From contig OZ024742.1 in assembly GCA_964016885.1 (NCBI GenBank), positions 204,972,001 through 205,036,000 of the forward strand: a stretch of 64,000 nt of DNA. Reading direction: 5' to 3'. Made by a program: the position numbers and the translations under genes. The first letter of the stretch is position 1, and every line of letters begins with the position of its first letter. The notes under the pieces were generated by a model. The model worked only from the letters and a program-made list of their open reading frames with translations, was not told the origin of the DNA and did not search any database. The stretch comes from Eledone cirrhosa. Lineage: Eukaryota. This document shows positions 14,501-28,536 of this stretch, one piece after another.

Positions 14501-17500
14501 TGGGACAGTAGATAGACTGTCTGACTGGGACAGTAGATAGACTGTCTGACTGGGACAGTTGATAGACAATCTGACTCGGACAGTTGATAGACTGTCTGAC
14601 TGGGACAGCGAATAGACTGTCTAACTGGGACAGTTCATAGAAAGTTTAACTGGGACAGTTCTTAGACAGTCTAACTGGGACATTAGATAGACTGTCTGAC
14701 TGGGACGGTAGATAGACAGTCTGCCTGGGACAGTTCAGAGACAGTCTAGCTGGGACATTAGATAGTCTTCTGACTGGCCCAGTAGATAGACTGACTGAGA
14801 CAGTTTATAGACTGTCTGACTGGGACACTTGATAGACTGTCTGACTGGGACAGTAGATAGACTGTCTAACTGGAACAGTAGATCGACTGTCTGTTTGGGA
14901 CAGTGTAACTGGGACAGTTCATAGACAGTGTAACTGGGACAGTTCATAGACAGTGTAACTGGGACATTAGTTAGACTGTCTGACTGGGACATTAGATAGA
15001 TGGTCTGACTGGGACAGTTGATAGACAGTCTGACTCGGACAGTTGATAGACTGTCTGACTGGGACAGCGAATAGACTGTCTAACTGGGACAGTTCATAGA
15101 AAGTTTAACTGGGACAGTTCTTAGACAGTCTAACTGGGACATTAGATAGACTGTCTGACTGGGACAGTAGATAGACAGTATGACTGGGACAGTAGACAGA
15201 CAGTCTGACTGAGACAGTTGATAGACTGTCTGACTGGGATAGTTCATAGACAGTCTAACTGGGACATTAGATAGACTGTCTGACTGGGACAGTTGATAGA
15301 CAGTCTAACTGGGACATTAGATAGACTGTCTGACTGGGACAGTATATAGCCTGTCTGACTGGGACAGTAGATAGACTGTCTGACTGGGACAATAGATAGA
15401 CTGTCTGACTGGGACAGCGGCTAGACTGTCTAACTGGGACAGTTCAATAGAAAGTTTAACTGGGACAGTTCATAGACAGTCTAACTGGGACATTAGATAG
15501 ACTCTCTGACTGGGACAGTAGGTAGACTGTTTGACTGTGACAGTTGATTGACAGCCTGACTGGAACAGTTGATAGACTGTCTGACTGGGACAGTAGATAG
15601 ACTGTCTGCTTGGGACAGTTCATAGACAGTCTAACTAGGATATTACATAAAGTCTCTGACTGGGGCAGTAGATAGACTGTCTGACTGAGACAATCAATAG
15701 ACTGTGTGACTGGGACAGTTGATAGACAGTTTAACTGCGACAGTAGATAGACTGTCTGACTGGGACAGTAGATAGACTGTCTGACTGAGACAGTTGATAG
15801 ACTGTCTGACTGAGACAGTTGATAGACTGGGACAGTTGATAGACAGCTTAACTGGCACAGTAGATAGACTGTCTGACTGGGACGGTAGATAGACTGTCTG
15901 CCTGGGACAGTTCAGAGACAGTCTAGCTGGGACATTAGATAGACTTCTGACTGGCCCAGTAGATAGACTGACTGAGACAGTTTATAGACTGTCGGACTGG
16001 GACACTTGATAGACTGTCTGACTGGGACAGTAGATAGACTGTCTAACTGGAACAGTAGATCGACTGTCTGTTTGGGACAGTTCATAGACAGTGTAACTGG
16101 GACAGTTCATAGACAGCGTAACTGGGACATTAGTTAGACTGTCTGACTGGGACATTAGATAGACTGTCTGACTGAGACAGTTTATAGACAGTCTGACTGG
16201 GACAGTTGATAGACTGTCTGACTAGGACAGTAGATGGACTGTTTGCCTGGGACAGTTCATAGACAGTGTAACTGGGAGATTAGATAGACTTCTAACTGGG
16301 ACAGTTCATAGACAGTCTAACTGGAACAGTAGATAGCCTGTCTGACTGGGACAGTAGATAGACTGTCTGACTGGGACAATAGATAGACTGTCTGACTGGG
16401 ACAGCGGCTAGACTGTCTAACTGGGAGAGTTCATAGAAAGTTTAACTGGGACTGTTCATAGACAGTCTAACTGGGACATTAGATAGACTCTCTGACTGGG
16501 ACAGTAGATAGACTGTTTGACTGTGACAGTTGATTGACAGCCTGACTGGAACAGTTCATAAAATGTCTGACTGGGACAGTAGATAGACTGTCTGCTTGGG
16601 ACAGTTCATAGACAGTCTAACTGGGATATTACATAAACTCTCTGACTGGGGCAGTAGATAGACTGTCTCACTGAGACAATCAATAGACTGTGTGACTGGG
16701 ACAGTTGATAGACAGTTTAACTGCGACAGTAGATAGACTGTCTGTCTGGGACAGTAGATAGACTGTCTAACTGGAACAGTAGATAGACTGTCTGCCTGGG
16801 ACAGTTCATAGACAGTCTACCTGGGACATTAGATAGACTTCTGACTGGCCCAGTAGATAGACTGACTGAGACAGTTTATAGACTGTCTGACTCGGACACT
16901 TGATAGACTGTCTGACTGGGACAGTAGATCGACTGTCTGTTTTGGACAGTTCATAGAGAGTGTAACTGGGACAGTTCATAGACAGTGTAACTGGGACATT
17001 AGTTAGACTGTCTGACTGGGGCATTAGATAAACTGACTGGGCTAGTCGATAGACTGTCTGACTGGGACAGTAGATAGACTGTCTGACTGGGACAGTTGAT
17101 AGACAATCTGACTCGGACAGTTGATAGACTCTGACTGGGACAGCGAATAGACTGTCTAACTGGGACAGTTCATAGAAAGTTTAACTGGGACAGTTCTTAG
17201 ACAGTCTAACTGGGACATTAGATAGACTGTCTGACTGGGACGGTAGATAGACAGTCTGCCTGGGACAGTTCAGAGACAGTCTAGCTGGGACATTAGATAG
17301 ACTTCTGACTGGCCCAGTAGATAGACTGACTGAGACAGTTTATAGACTGTCGGACTGGGACACTTGATAGACTGTCTGACTGGGACAGTAGATAGACTGT
17401 CTAACTGGAACAGTAGATCGACTGTCTGTTTGGGACAGTTCATAGACAGTGTAACTGGGACAGTTCATAGACAGTGTAACTGGGACATTAGTTAGACTGT

Positions 17501-20500
17501 CTGACTGGGACATTAGATAGACTGACTGGGCCAGTCGATAGACTGTCTGACTGAGACAGTTCATAGACAGTCTGACTGGGACAGTTGATAGACTGTCTGA
17601 CTGGGACAGTAGATAGACTGTTTGCCTGGGACAGTTCATAGACAGTGTAACTCGGAGATTAGATAGACTTCTGACTGGGACAGTTCATAGACAGTCTAAC
17701 TGGGACAGTAGATAGCCTGTCTGACTGGGACAGTAGATAGACTGTCTGACTGGGACAATAGATAGACTGTCTGACTGGGACAGCGGCTAGACTGTCTAAC
17801 TGGGAGAGTTCATAGAAAGTTTAACTGGGACTGTTCATAGACAGTCTAACTGGAACATTAGATAGACTCTCTGACTGGGACAGTAGATAGACTGTTTGAC
17901 TGTGACAGTTGATTGACAGCCTGACTGGAACAGTTGATAGACTGTCTGACTGGGACAGTAGATAGACTGTCTGCTTGGGACAGTTCATAGACAGTCTAAC
18001 TGGGATATTACATAAACTCTCTGACTGGGGCAGTAGATAGAATGTCTCACTGAGACAGTTGATAGACTGTGTGACTGGGACAGTTGATAGACAGTTTAAC
18101 GGGCACAGTAGATAGACTGTCTGACTGGGACGGTAGATAGACTGACTGCCTGGGACAGTTCAGAGACAGTCTAGCTGGGACATTAGATAGACTTCTGACT
18201 GGCCCAGTAGATAGACTGACTGAGACAGTTTATAGACTGTCGGACTGGGACACTTGATAGACTGTCGGACTGGGACAGTAGATAGACTGTCTAACTGGAA
18301 CAGTAGATCGACTCTTTGTTTGGGACAGTGTAACTGGGACAGTTCATAGACAGTGTAACTGGGACATTAGTTAGACTGTCTGACTGGGACATCAGATAGA
18401 CTGACTGGGCCAGTCGATAGACTGTCTGACTGAGGCAGTTCATAGACAGTCTGACTGGGACAGTTGATAGACTGTCTGACTGGGACAGTAGATAGACTGT
18501 TTGCCTGGGACAGTTCATAGACAGTGTGACTGGGAGATTAGATAGACTTCTGACTGGGACAGTTCATAGACAGTCTAACTGGGACAGTAGATAGCCTGTC
18601 TGACTGGGACAGTAGATAGACTGTCTGACTGGGACAATAGATAGACTGTCTGACTGGGAGAGTTCATAGAAAGTTTAACTGGGACTGTTCATAGACAGTC
18701 TAACTGGGACATTAGATAGACTCTCTGACTGGGACAGTAGATAGACTGTTTGACTGTGACAGTTGATTGACAGCCTGACTGGAACAGTTGATAGACTGTC
18801 TGACTGGGACAGTAGATAGACTGTCTGCTTGGGACAGTTCATAGACAGTCTAACTGGGATATTACATAAACTCTCTGACTGGGGCAGTAGATAGACTGTC
18901 TCACTGAGACAATCAATAGACTGTGTGACTGGGACAGTTGATAGACAGTTTAACTGCGACAGTAGATAGACTGTCTGTCTGGGACAGTAGATAGACTGTC
19001 TAACTGGAACAGTAGATAGACTGTCTGCCTGGGACAGTTCATAGACAGTCTACCTGGGACATTAGATAGACTTCTGACTGGCCCAGTAGATAGACTGACT
19101 GAGACAGTTTATAGACTGTCTGACTCGGACACTTGATAGACTGTCTGACTGGGACAGTAGATCGACTGTCTGTTTTGGACAGTTCATAGACAGTGTAACT
19201 GGGACAGTTCATAGACAGTGTAACTGGGACATTAGTTAGACTGTCTGACTGGGACATTAGATAAACTGACTGGGCTAGTCGATAGACTGTCTGACTGGGA
19301 CAGTAGATAGACTGTCTGACTGGGACAGTAGATAGACTGTCTGACTGGGACAGTTGATAGACAATCTGACTCGGACAGTTGATAGACTGTCTGACTGGGA
19401 CAGCGAATAGACTGTCTAACTGGGACAGTTCATAGAAAGTTTAACTGGGACAGTTCTTAGACAGTCTAACTGGGACATTAGATAGACTGTCTGACTGGGA
19501 CGGTAGATAGACAGTCTGCCTGGGACAGTTCAGAGACAGTCTAGCTGGGACATTAGATAGACTTCTGACTGGCCCAGTAGATAGACTGACTGAGACAGTT
19601 TATAGACTGTCGGACTGGGACACTTGATAGACTGTCTGACTGGGACAGTAGATAGACTGTCTAACTGGAACAGTAGATCGACTGTCTGTTTGGGACAGTT
19701 CATAGACAGTGTAACTGGGACATTAGTTAGACTGTCTGACTGGGACATTAGATAGACTGACTGGGCCAGTCGATAGACTGTCTGACTGAGACAGTTCATA
19801 GACAGTCTGACTGGGACAGTTGATAGACTGTCTGACTGGGACAGTAGATAGACTGTTTGCCTGGGACAGTTCATAGACAGTGTAACTCGGAGATTAGATA
19901 GACTTCTGACTGGGACAGTTCATAGACAGTCTAACTGGGACAGTAGATAGCCTGTCTGACTGGGACAGTAGATAGACTGTCTTACTGGGACAATAGATAG
20001 ACTGTCTGACTGGGACAGCGGCTAGACTGTCTAACTGGGAGAGTTCATAGAAAGTTTAACTGGGACTGTTCATAGACAGTCTAACTGGAACATTAGATAG
20101 ACTCTCTGACTGGGACAGTAGATAGACTGTTTGACTGTGACAGTTGATTGACAGCCTGACTGGAACAGTTGATAGACTGTCTGACTGGGACAGTAGATAG
20201 ACTGTCTGCTTGGGACAGTTCATAGACAGTCTAACTGGGATATTACATAAACTCTCTGACTGGGGCAGTAGATAGACTGTCTCACTGAGACAATCAATAG
20301 ACTGTGTGACTGGGACAGTTGATAGACAGTTTAACTGCGACAGTAGATAGACTGTCTGTCTGGGACAGTAGATAGACTGTCTAACTGGAACAGTTGATAG
20401 ACTGTCTGCCTGGGACAGTTCATAGACAGTCTACCTGGGACATTAGATAGACTTCTGACTGGCCCAGTAGATAGACTGACTGAGACAGTTTATAGACTGT

Positions 20501-23500
20501 CTGACTCGGACACTTGATAGACTCTGACTGGGACAGTAGATAGACTGTCTAACTGGAACAGTAGATCGACTGTCTGTTTGGGACAGTTCATAGACAGTGT
20601 AACTGGGACAGTTCATAGACAGTGTAACTGGGACATTAGTTAGACTGTCTGACTGGGACATTAGATAAACTGACTGGGCTAGTCGATAGACTGTCTGACT
20701 GGGACAGTAGATAGACTGTCTGACTGGGACAGTAGATAGACTGTCTGACTGGGTCAGCGGATAGACTGTCTAACTGGGACAGTTCATAGAAAGTTTAACT
20801 GGGACAGTTCATAGACAGTCTAACTGGGACATTAGATAGACTCTCTGACTGGGACAGTTCATAGACAATCTACCTGGGACATTAGATAGACTTCTGACTG
20901 TGCCAGTAGATAGACTATCTAACTGAGACAGTTTATAGACTGTCTGACTGGGACAGTAGATAGACTGTCTGACTGGGACACTTGATAGACTGTCTGACTG
21001 GGACAGTAGATAGACTGTCTGACTGAGACAGTTGATAGACAGTCTGACTGTGACAGTTGATAGACTGTCTGACTGGGACAGCAGATAGACTGTCTAACTG
21101 GGACAGTTCATAGAAAGTTTAACTGGGACAGTTCTTAGACAGTCTAACTGGGACAGTAGATAGACTGTCTGACTGGGACAGTAGATAGACTGTGACTCTG
21201 ACAGTAGATAGACTGTGTGACTGTGACAGTATATAGAGTGTCTTCCTGGGACAGTTCATAGACAGTCGAACTGGGACATTAGATAGACAGTCTGACTGGG
21301 ACAGTAGATAGACTGTCTTACTGGGACAGTAGATAGACTCTCTGCCTGGGACAGTTCATAGACAGTCTAACTGGGACATTAGATAGACTGTCTGACTGGG
21401 ACAGTAGATAGACAGTCTGGCTGAGACACTAGGTAGACAATTATGAAAGGTAAATCATTTTACATAAGACTTACATCCTTTTGTTTGTGTGTCTGCTTCT
21501 CCATGTTTTCTATCTATATTTGTCTGGTTGTCCAGTAGATAGACTGTCTGACTGTGACAGTTGATAGACCATCTGACTGGGATAGTATATAGACTGTCTG
21601 ACTGGGATGGTAGATAGTCATTGTGACTGGAACAGTAGATAGACAGTCTAACTGGGACAGTAGATAGACTGTCTAACTGGAACAGTAGATAGACTGTGTG
21701 ACAGTAGATAGACTCTCTGTCTGGGACAGTTCATAGAAAGTCTACCTGGGATATTAGATAGACTGTCTGACTGATACAGTAGATAGACTGTCTGACTGGG
21801 ATAGTAGATAAACTGTCTGACTGGGACAGTAGATAGACAGTTTGACTGGGACAGTAGATAGACTATGTGAATGGGACAGTTGATAGACAGTCTAACTGGA
21901 ACAGTAGATAGACTGTCTAACTGGAACAGTAGATAGACTATGTGAATGGGACAGTTGATAGACAGTTTAACTGGGACAGTAAATACACTGTCTGACTGGG
22001 ACAGTAAATAGATTGTTTGCCTGGAAAAGTACATAGACAGTCTAACTGGGACATTAGATAGACTGTCTGACTGGGACAGTAGATAGACTGTCTGACTGAG
22101 ACAGTAGATAGACTGTCTGACTGAGACAGTTAATAGAGTGTGTGACTGGAACAGTTGATAGACAGTTTAACTGGCACAGTAGATAGACTGTCTGACTGGG
22201 ACTGTAGATAGACTGTCTGCCTGGGACAGTTCAGAGACAGTCTAGCTGGGACATTAGATAGACTTCTGACTGGCCCAGTAGATAGACTGACTGAGACAGT
22301 TTATAGACTGTCTGACTGGGACACTTGATAGACTGTCTGACTGGGACACTTGATAGACTGTCTGACTGGGACAGTAGATAGACTGTCTAACTGGAACAGT
22401 AGATCGACTGTCTGTTTGGGACAGTGTAACTGGGACAGTTCATAGACAGTGTAACTGGGACAGTTCATAGACAGTGTAACTGGGACATTAGTTAGACTGT
22501 CTGACTGGGACATTAGATAGATGGTCTGACTGGGACAGTTGATAGACAGTCTGACTCGGACAGTTGATAGACTGTCTGACTGGGACAGCGAATAGACTGT
22601 CTAACTGGGACAGTTCATAGAAAGTTTAACTGGGACAGTTCTTAGACAGTCTAACTGGGACATTAGATAGACTGTCTGACTGGGACAGTAGATAGACAGT
22701 ATGACTGGGACAGTAGACAGACAGTCTGACTGAGACAGTTGATAGACTGTCTGACTGGGATAGTTCATAGACAGTCTAACTGGGACATTAGATAGACTGT
22801 CTGACTGGGACAGTTGATAGACAGTCTAACTGGGACATTAGATAGACTGTCTGACTGGGACAGTATATAGCCTGTCTGACTGGGACAGTAGATAGACTGT
22901 CTGACTGGGACAATAGATAGACTGTCTGACTGGGACAGCGGCTAGACTGTCTAACTGGGACAGTTCAATAGAAAGTTTAACTGGGACAGTTCATAGACAG
23001 TCTAACTGGGACATTAGATAGACTCTCTGACTGGGACAGTAGGTAGACTGTTTGACTGTGACAGTTGATTGACAGCCTGACTGGAACAGTTGATAGACTG
23101 TCTGACTGGGACAGTAGATAGACTGTCTGCTTGGGACAGTTCTTAGACAGTCTAACTAGGATATTACATAAAGTCTCTGACTGGGGCAGTAGATAGACTG
23201 TCTGACTGAGACAATCAATAGACTGTGTGACTGGGACAGTTGATAGACAGTTTAACTGCGACAGTAGATAGACTCTCTGACTGGGACAGTAGATAGACTG
23301 TCTGACTGAGACAGTTGATAGACTGTCTGACTGAGACAGTTGATAGACTGGGACAGTTGATAGACAGCTTAACTGGCACAGTAGATAGACTGTCTGACTG
23401 GGACGGTAGATAGACTGTCTGCCTGGGACAGTTCAGAGACAGTCTAGCTGGGACATTAGATAGACGTCTGACTGGCCCAATAGATAGACTGACTGAGACA

Positions 23501-26500
23501 GTTTATAGACTGTCGGACTGGGACACTTGATAGACTGTCTGACTGGGACAGTAGATAGACTGTCTAACTGGAACAGTAGATCGACTGTCTGTTTGGGACA
23601 GTTCATAGACAGTGTAACTGGGACAGTTCATAGACAGCATAACTGGGACATTAGTTAGACTGTCTGACTGGGTCATTAGATAGACTGTCTGACTGAGACA
23701 GTTTATAGACAGTCTGACTGGGACAGTTGATAGACTGTCTGACTAGGACAGTAGATGGACTGTTTGCCTGGGACAGTTCATAGACAGTGTAACTGGGAGA
23801 TTAGATAGACTTCTAACTGGGACAGTTCATAGACAGTCTAACTGGAACAGTAGATAGCCTCTCTGACTGGGACAGTAGATAGACTGTCTGACTGGGACAA
23901 TAGATAGACTGTCTGACTGGGACAGCGGCTAGACTGTCTAACTGGGAGAGTTCATAGAAAGTTTAACTGGGACTGTTCATAGACAGTCTAACTGGGACAT
24001 TAGATAGACTCTCTGACTGGGACAGTAGATAGACTGTTTGACTGTGACAGTTGATTGACAGCCTGACTGGAACAGTTCATAGACTGTCTGACTGGGACAG
24101 TAGATAGACTGTCTGCTTGGGACAGTTCATAGACAGTCTAACTGGGATATTACATAAACTCTCTGACTGGGGCAGTAGATAGACTGTCTCACTGAGACAA
24201 TCAATAGACTGTGTGACTGGGACAGTTGATAGACAGTTTAACTGCGACAGTAGATAGACTGTCTGTCTGGGACAGTAGATAGACTGTCTAACTGGAACAG
24301 TAGATAGACTGTCTGCCTGGGACAGTTCATAGACAGTCTACCTGGGACATTAGATAGACTTCTGACTGGCCCAGTAGATAGACTGACTGAGACAGTTTAT
24401 AGACTGTCTGACTCGGACACTTGATAGACTGTCTGACTGGGACAGTAGATCGACTGTCTGTTTTGGACAGTTCATAGACAGTGTAACTGGGACATTAGTT
24501 AGACTGTCTGACTGGGACATTAGATAAACTGACTGGGCTAGTCGATAGACTGTCTGACTGGGACAGTAGATAGACTGTCTGACTGGGACAGTAGATAGAC
24601 TGTCTGACTGGGACAGTTGATAGACAATCTGACTCGGACAGTTGATAGACTGTCTGACTGGGACAGCGAATAGACTGTCTAACTGGGACAGTTCATAGAA
24701 AGTTTAACTGGGACATTAGATAGACTGTCTGACTGGGACGGTAGATAGACAGTCTGCCTGGGACAGTTCAGAGACAGTCTAGCTGGGACATTAGATAGAC
24801 TTCTGACTGGCCCAGTAGATAGACTGACTGAGACAGTTTATAGACTGTCGGACTGGGACACTTGATAGACTGTCTGACTGGGACAGTAGATAGACTGTCT
24901 AACTGGAACAGTTCATAGACAGTGTAACTGGGACAGTTCATAGACAGTGTAACTGGGACATTAGTTAGACTGTCTGACTGGGACATTAGATAGACTGACT
25001 GGGCCAGTCGATAGACTGTCTGACTGAGACAGTTCATAGACAGTCTGACTGGGACAATTTATAGACTGTCTGACTGGGACAGTAGATAGACTGTTTGCCT
25101 GGGACAGTTCATAGATAGTGTAACTCGGAGATTAGATAGACTTCTGACTGGGACAGTTCATAGACAGTCTAACTGGGACAGTAGATAGCCTGTCTGACTG
25201 GGACAGTAGATAGACTGTCTGACTGGGACAATAGATAGACTGTCTGACTGGGACAGCGGCTAGACTGTCTAACTGGGAGAGTTCATAGAAAGTTTAACTG
25301 GGACTGTTCATAGACAGTCTAACTGGAACATTAGATAGACTCTCTGACTGGGACAGTAGATAGACTGTTTGACTGTGACAGTTGATTGACAGCCTGACTG
25401 GAACAGTTGATAGACTGTCTGACTGGGACAGTAGATAGACTGTCTGCTTGGGACAGTTCATAGACAGTCTAACTGGGATATTACATAAACTCTCTGACTG
25501 GGGCAGTAGATAGACTGTCTCACTGAGACAATCAATAGACTGTGTGACTGGGACAGTTGATAGACAGTTTAACTGCGACAGTAGATAGACTGTCTGTCTG
25601 GGACAGTAGATAGACTGTCTAACTGGAACAGTTGATAGACTGTCTGCCTGGGACAGTTCATAGACAGTCTACCTGGGACATTAGATAGACTTCTGACTGG
25701 CCCAGTAGATAGACTGACTGAGACAGTTTATAGACTGTCTGACTCGGACACTTGATAGACTCTGACTGGGACAGTAGATAGACTGTCTAACTGGAACAGT
25801 AGATCGACTGTCTGTTTGGGACAGTTCATAGACAGTGTAACTGGGACAGTTCATAGACAGTGTAACTGGGACATTAGTTAGACTGTCTGACTGGGACATT
25901 AGATAAACTGACTGGGCTAGTCGATAGACTGTCTGACTGGGACAGTAGATAGACTGTCTGACTGGGACAGTAGATAGACTGTCTGACTGGGACAGTTGAT
26001 AGACTGTCTGACTGGGTCAGCGGATAGACTGTCTAACTGGGACAGTTCATAGAAAGTTTAACTGGGACAGTTCATAGACAGTCTAACTGGGACATTAGAT
26101 AGACTCTCTGACTGGGACAGTAGATAGACTGTCTGCCTGGGACAGTTCATAGACAATCTACCTGGGACATTAGATAGACTTCTGACTGTGCCAGTAGATA
26201 GACTATCTAACTGAGACAGTTTATAGACTGTCTGACTGGGACAGTAGATAGACTGTCTGACTGGGACACTTGATAGACTGTCTGACTGGGACAGTAGATA
26301 GACTGTCTGACTGGGACAGTTGATAGACAGTCTGACTGTGACAGTTGATAGACTGTCTGACTGGGACAGCAGATAGACTGTCTAACTGGGACAGTTCATA
26401 GAAAGTTTAACTGGGACAGTTCTTAGACAGTCTAACTGGGACAGTAGATAGACTGTCTGACTGGGACAGTAGATAGACTGTGACTCTGACAGTAGATAGA

Positions 26501-28536
26501 CTGTGTGACTGTGACAGTATATAGAGTGTCTTCCTGGGACAGTTCATAGACAGTCGAACTGGGACATTAGATAGACAGTCTGACTGGGACAGTAGATAGA
26601 CTGTCTTACTGAGACAGTAGATAGACTCTCTGCCTGGGACAGTTCATAGACAGTCTAACTGGGACATTAGATAGACTGTCTGACTGGGACAGTAGATAGA
26701 CAGTCTGGCTGAGACACTAGGTAGACAATTATGAAAGGTAAATCATTTTACATAAGACTTACATCCTTTTGTTTGTGTGTCTGCTTCTCCATGTTTTCTA
26801 TCTATATTTGTCTGGTTGTCCAGTAGATAGACTGTCTGACTGTGACAGTTGATAGACCATCTGACTGGGATAGTATATAGACTGTCTGACTGGGATGGTA
26901 GATAGTCAGTGTGACTGGAACAGTAGATAGACAGTCTAACTGGGACAGTAGATAGACTGTCTAACTGGAACAGTAGATAGACTCTCTGTCTGGGACAGTT
27001 CATAGAAAGTCTACCTGGGATATTAGATAGACTGTCTGACTGATACAGTAGATAGACTGTCTGACTGGGATAGTAGATAGACTGTCTGACTGGGACAGTA
27101 GATAGACAGTTTGACTGGGACAGTAGATAGACAGTCTGGCTGGGACAGTAGATACACTGTCTGACTGGGACAGTTGATAGACTATGTGAATGGGACAGTT
27201 GATAGACAGTCTAACTGGAACAGTAGATAGACTGTCTAACTGGAACAGTAGATAGACTATGTGAATGGGACAGTTGATAGACAATTTAACTGGGACAGTA
27301 AATACACTGTCTGACTGGGACAGTAAATAGACTGTTTGCCTGGAAAAGTACATAGACAGTCTAACTGGGACATTAGATAGACTGTCTGACTGGGACAGTA
27401 GATAGACTGTCTGACTGAGACAGTAGATAGACTGTCTGACTGAGACAGTTAATAGAGTGTGTGACTGGAACAGTTGATAGACAGTTTAACTGGCACAGTA
27501 GATAGACTGTCTGACTGGGACTGTAGATAGACTGTCTGCCTGGGACAGTTCAGAGACAGTCTAGCTGGGACATTAGATAGACTTCTGACTGGCCCAGTAG
27601 ATAGACTGACTGAGACAGTTTATAGACTGTCTGACTGGGACACTTGATAGACTGTCTGACTGGGACAGTAGATAGACTGTCTAACTGGAACAGTAGATCG
27701 ACTGTCTGTTTGGGACAGTTCATAGACAGTGTAACTGGGACAGTTCATAGACAGTGTAACTGGGACATTAGTTAGACTGTCTGACTGGGACATTAGATAG
27801 ACTGTCTGACTGGGACAGTTGATAGACAGTCTGACTCGGACAGTTGATAGACTGTCTGACTGGGACAGCGAATAGACTGTCTAACTGGGACAGTTCATAG
27901 AAAGTTTAACTGGGACAGTTCTTAGACAGTCTAACTGGGACATTAGATAGACTGTCTGACTGGGACAGTATATAGCCTGTCTGACTGGGACAGTAGATAG
28001 ACTGTCTGACTGGGACAATAGATAGACTGTCTGACTGGGACAGCGGCTAGACTGTCTAACTGGGACAGTTCAATAGAAAGTTTAACTGGGACAGTTCATA
28101 GACAGTCTAACTGGGACATTAGATAGACTCTCTGACTGGGACAGTAGGTAGACTGTTTGACTGTGACAGTTGATTGACAGCCTGACTGGAACAGTTGATA
28201 GACTGTCTGACTGGGACAGTAGATAGACTGTCTGCTTGGGACAGTTCATAGACAGTCTAACTAGGATATTACATAAAGTCTCTGACTGGGGCAGTAGATA
28301 GACTGTCTGACTGAGACAATCAATAGACTGTGTGACTGGGACAGTTGATAGACAGTTTAACTGCGACAGTAGATAGACTGTCTGACTGGGACAGTAGATA
28401 GACTGTCTGACTGAGACAGTTGATAGACTCTCTGACTGGGACAGTAGATAGACTGTGTGACTGGGACAGTTGATAGACAGTTTAACTGGCACAGTAGATA
28501 GACTGTCTGACTGGGACGGTAGATAGACTGTCTGCC

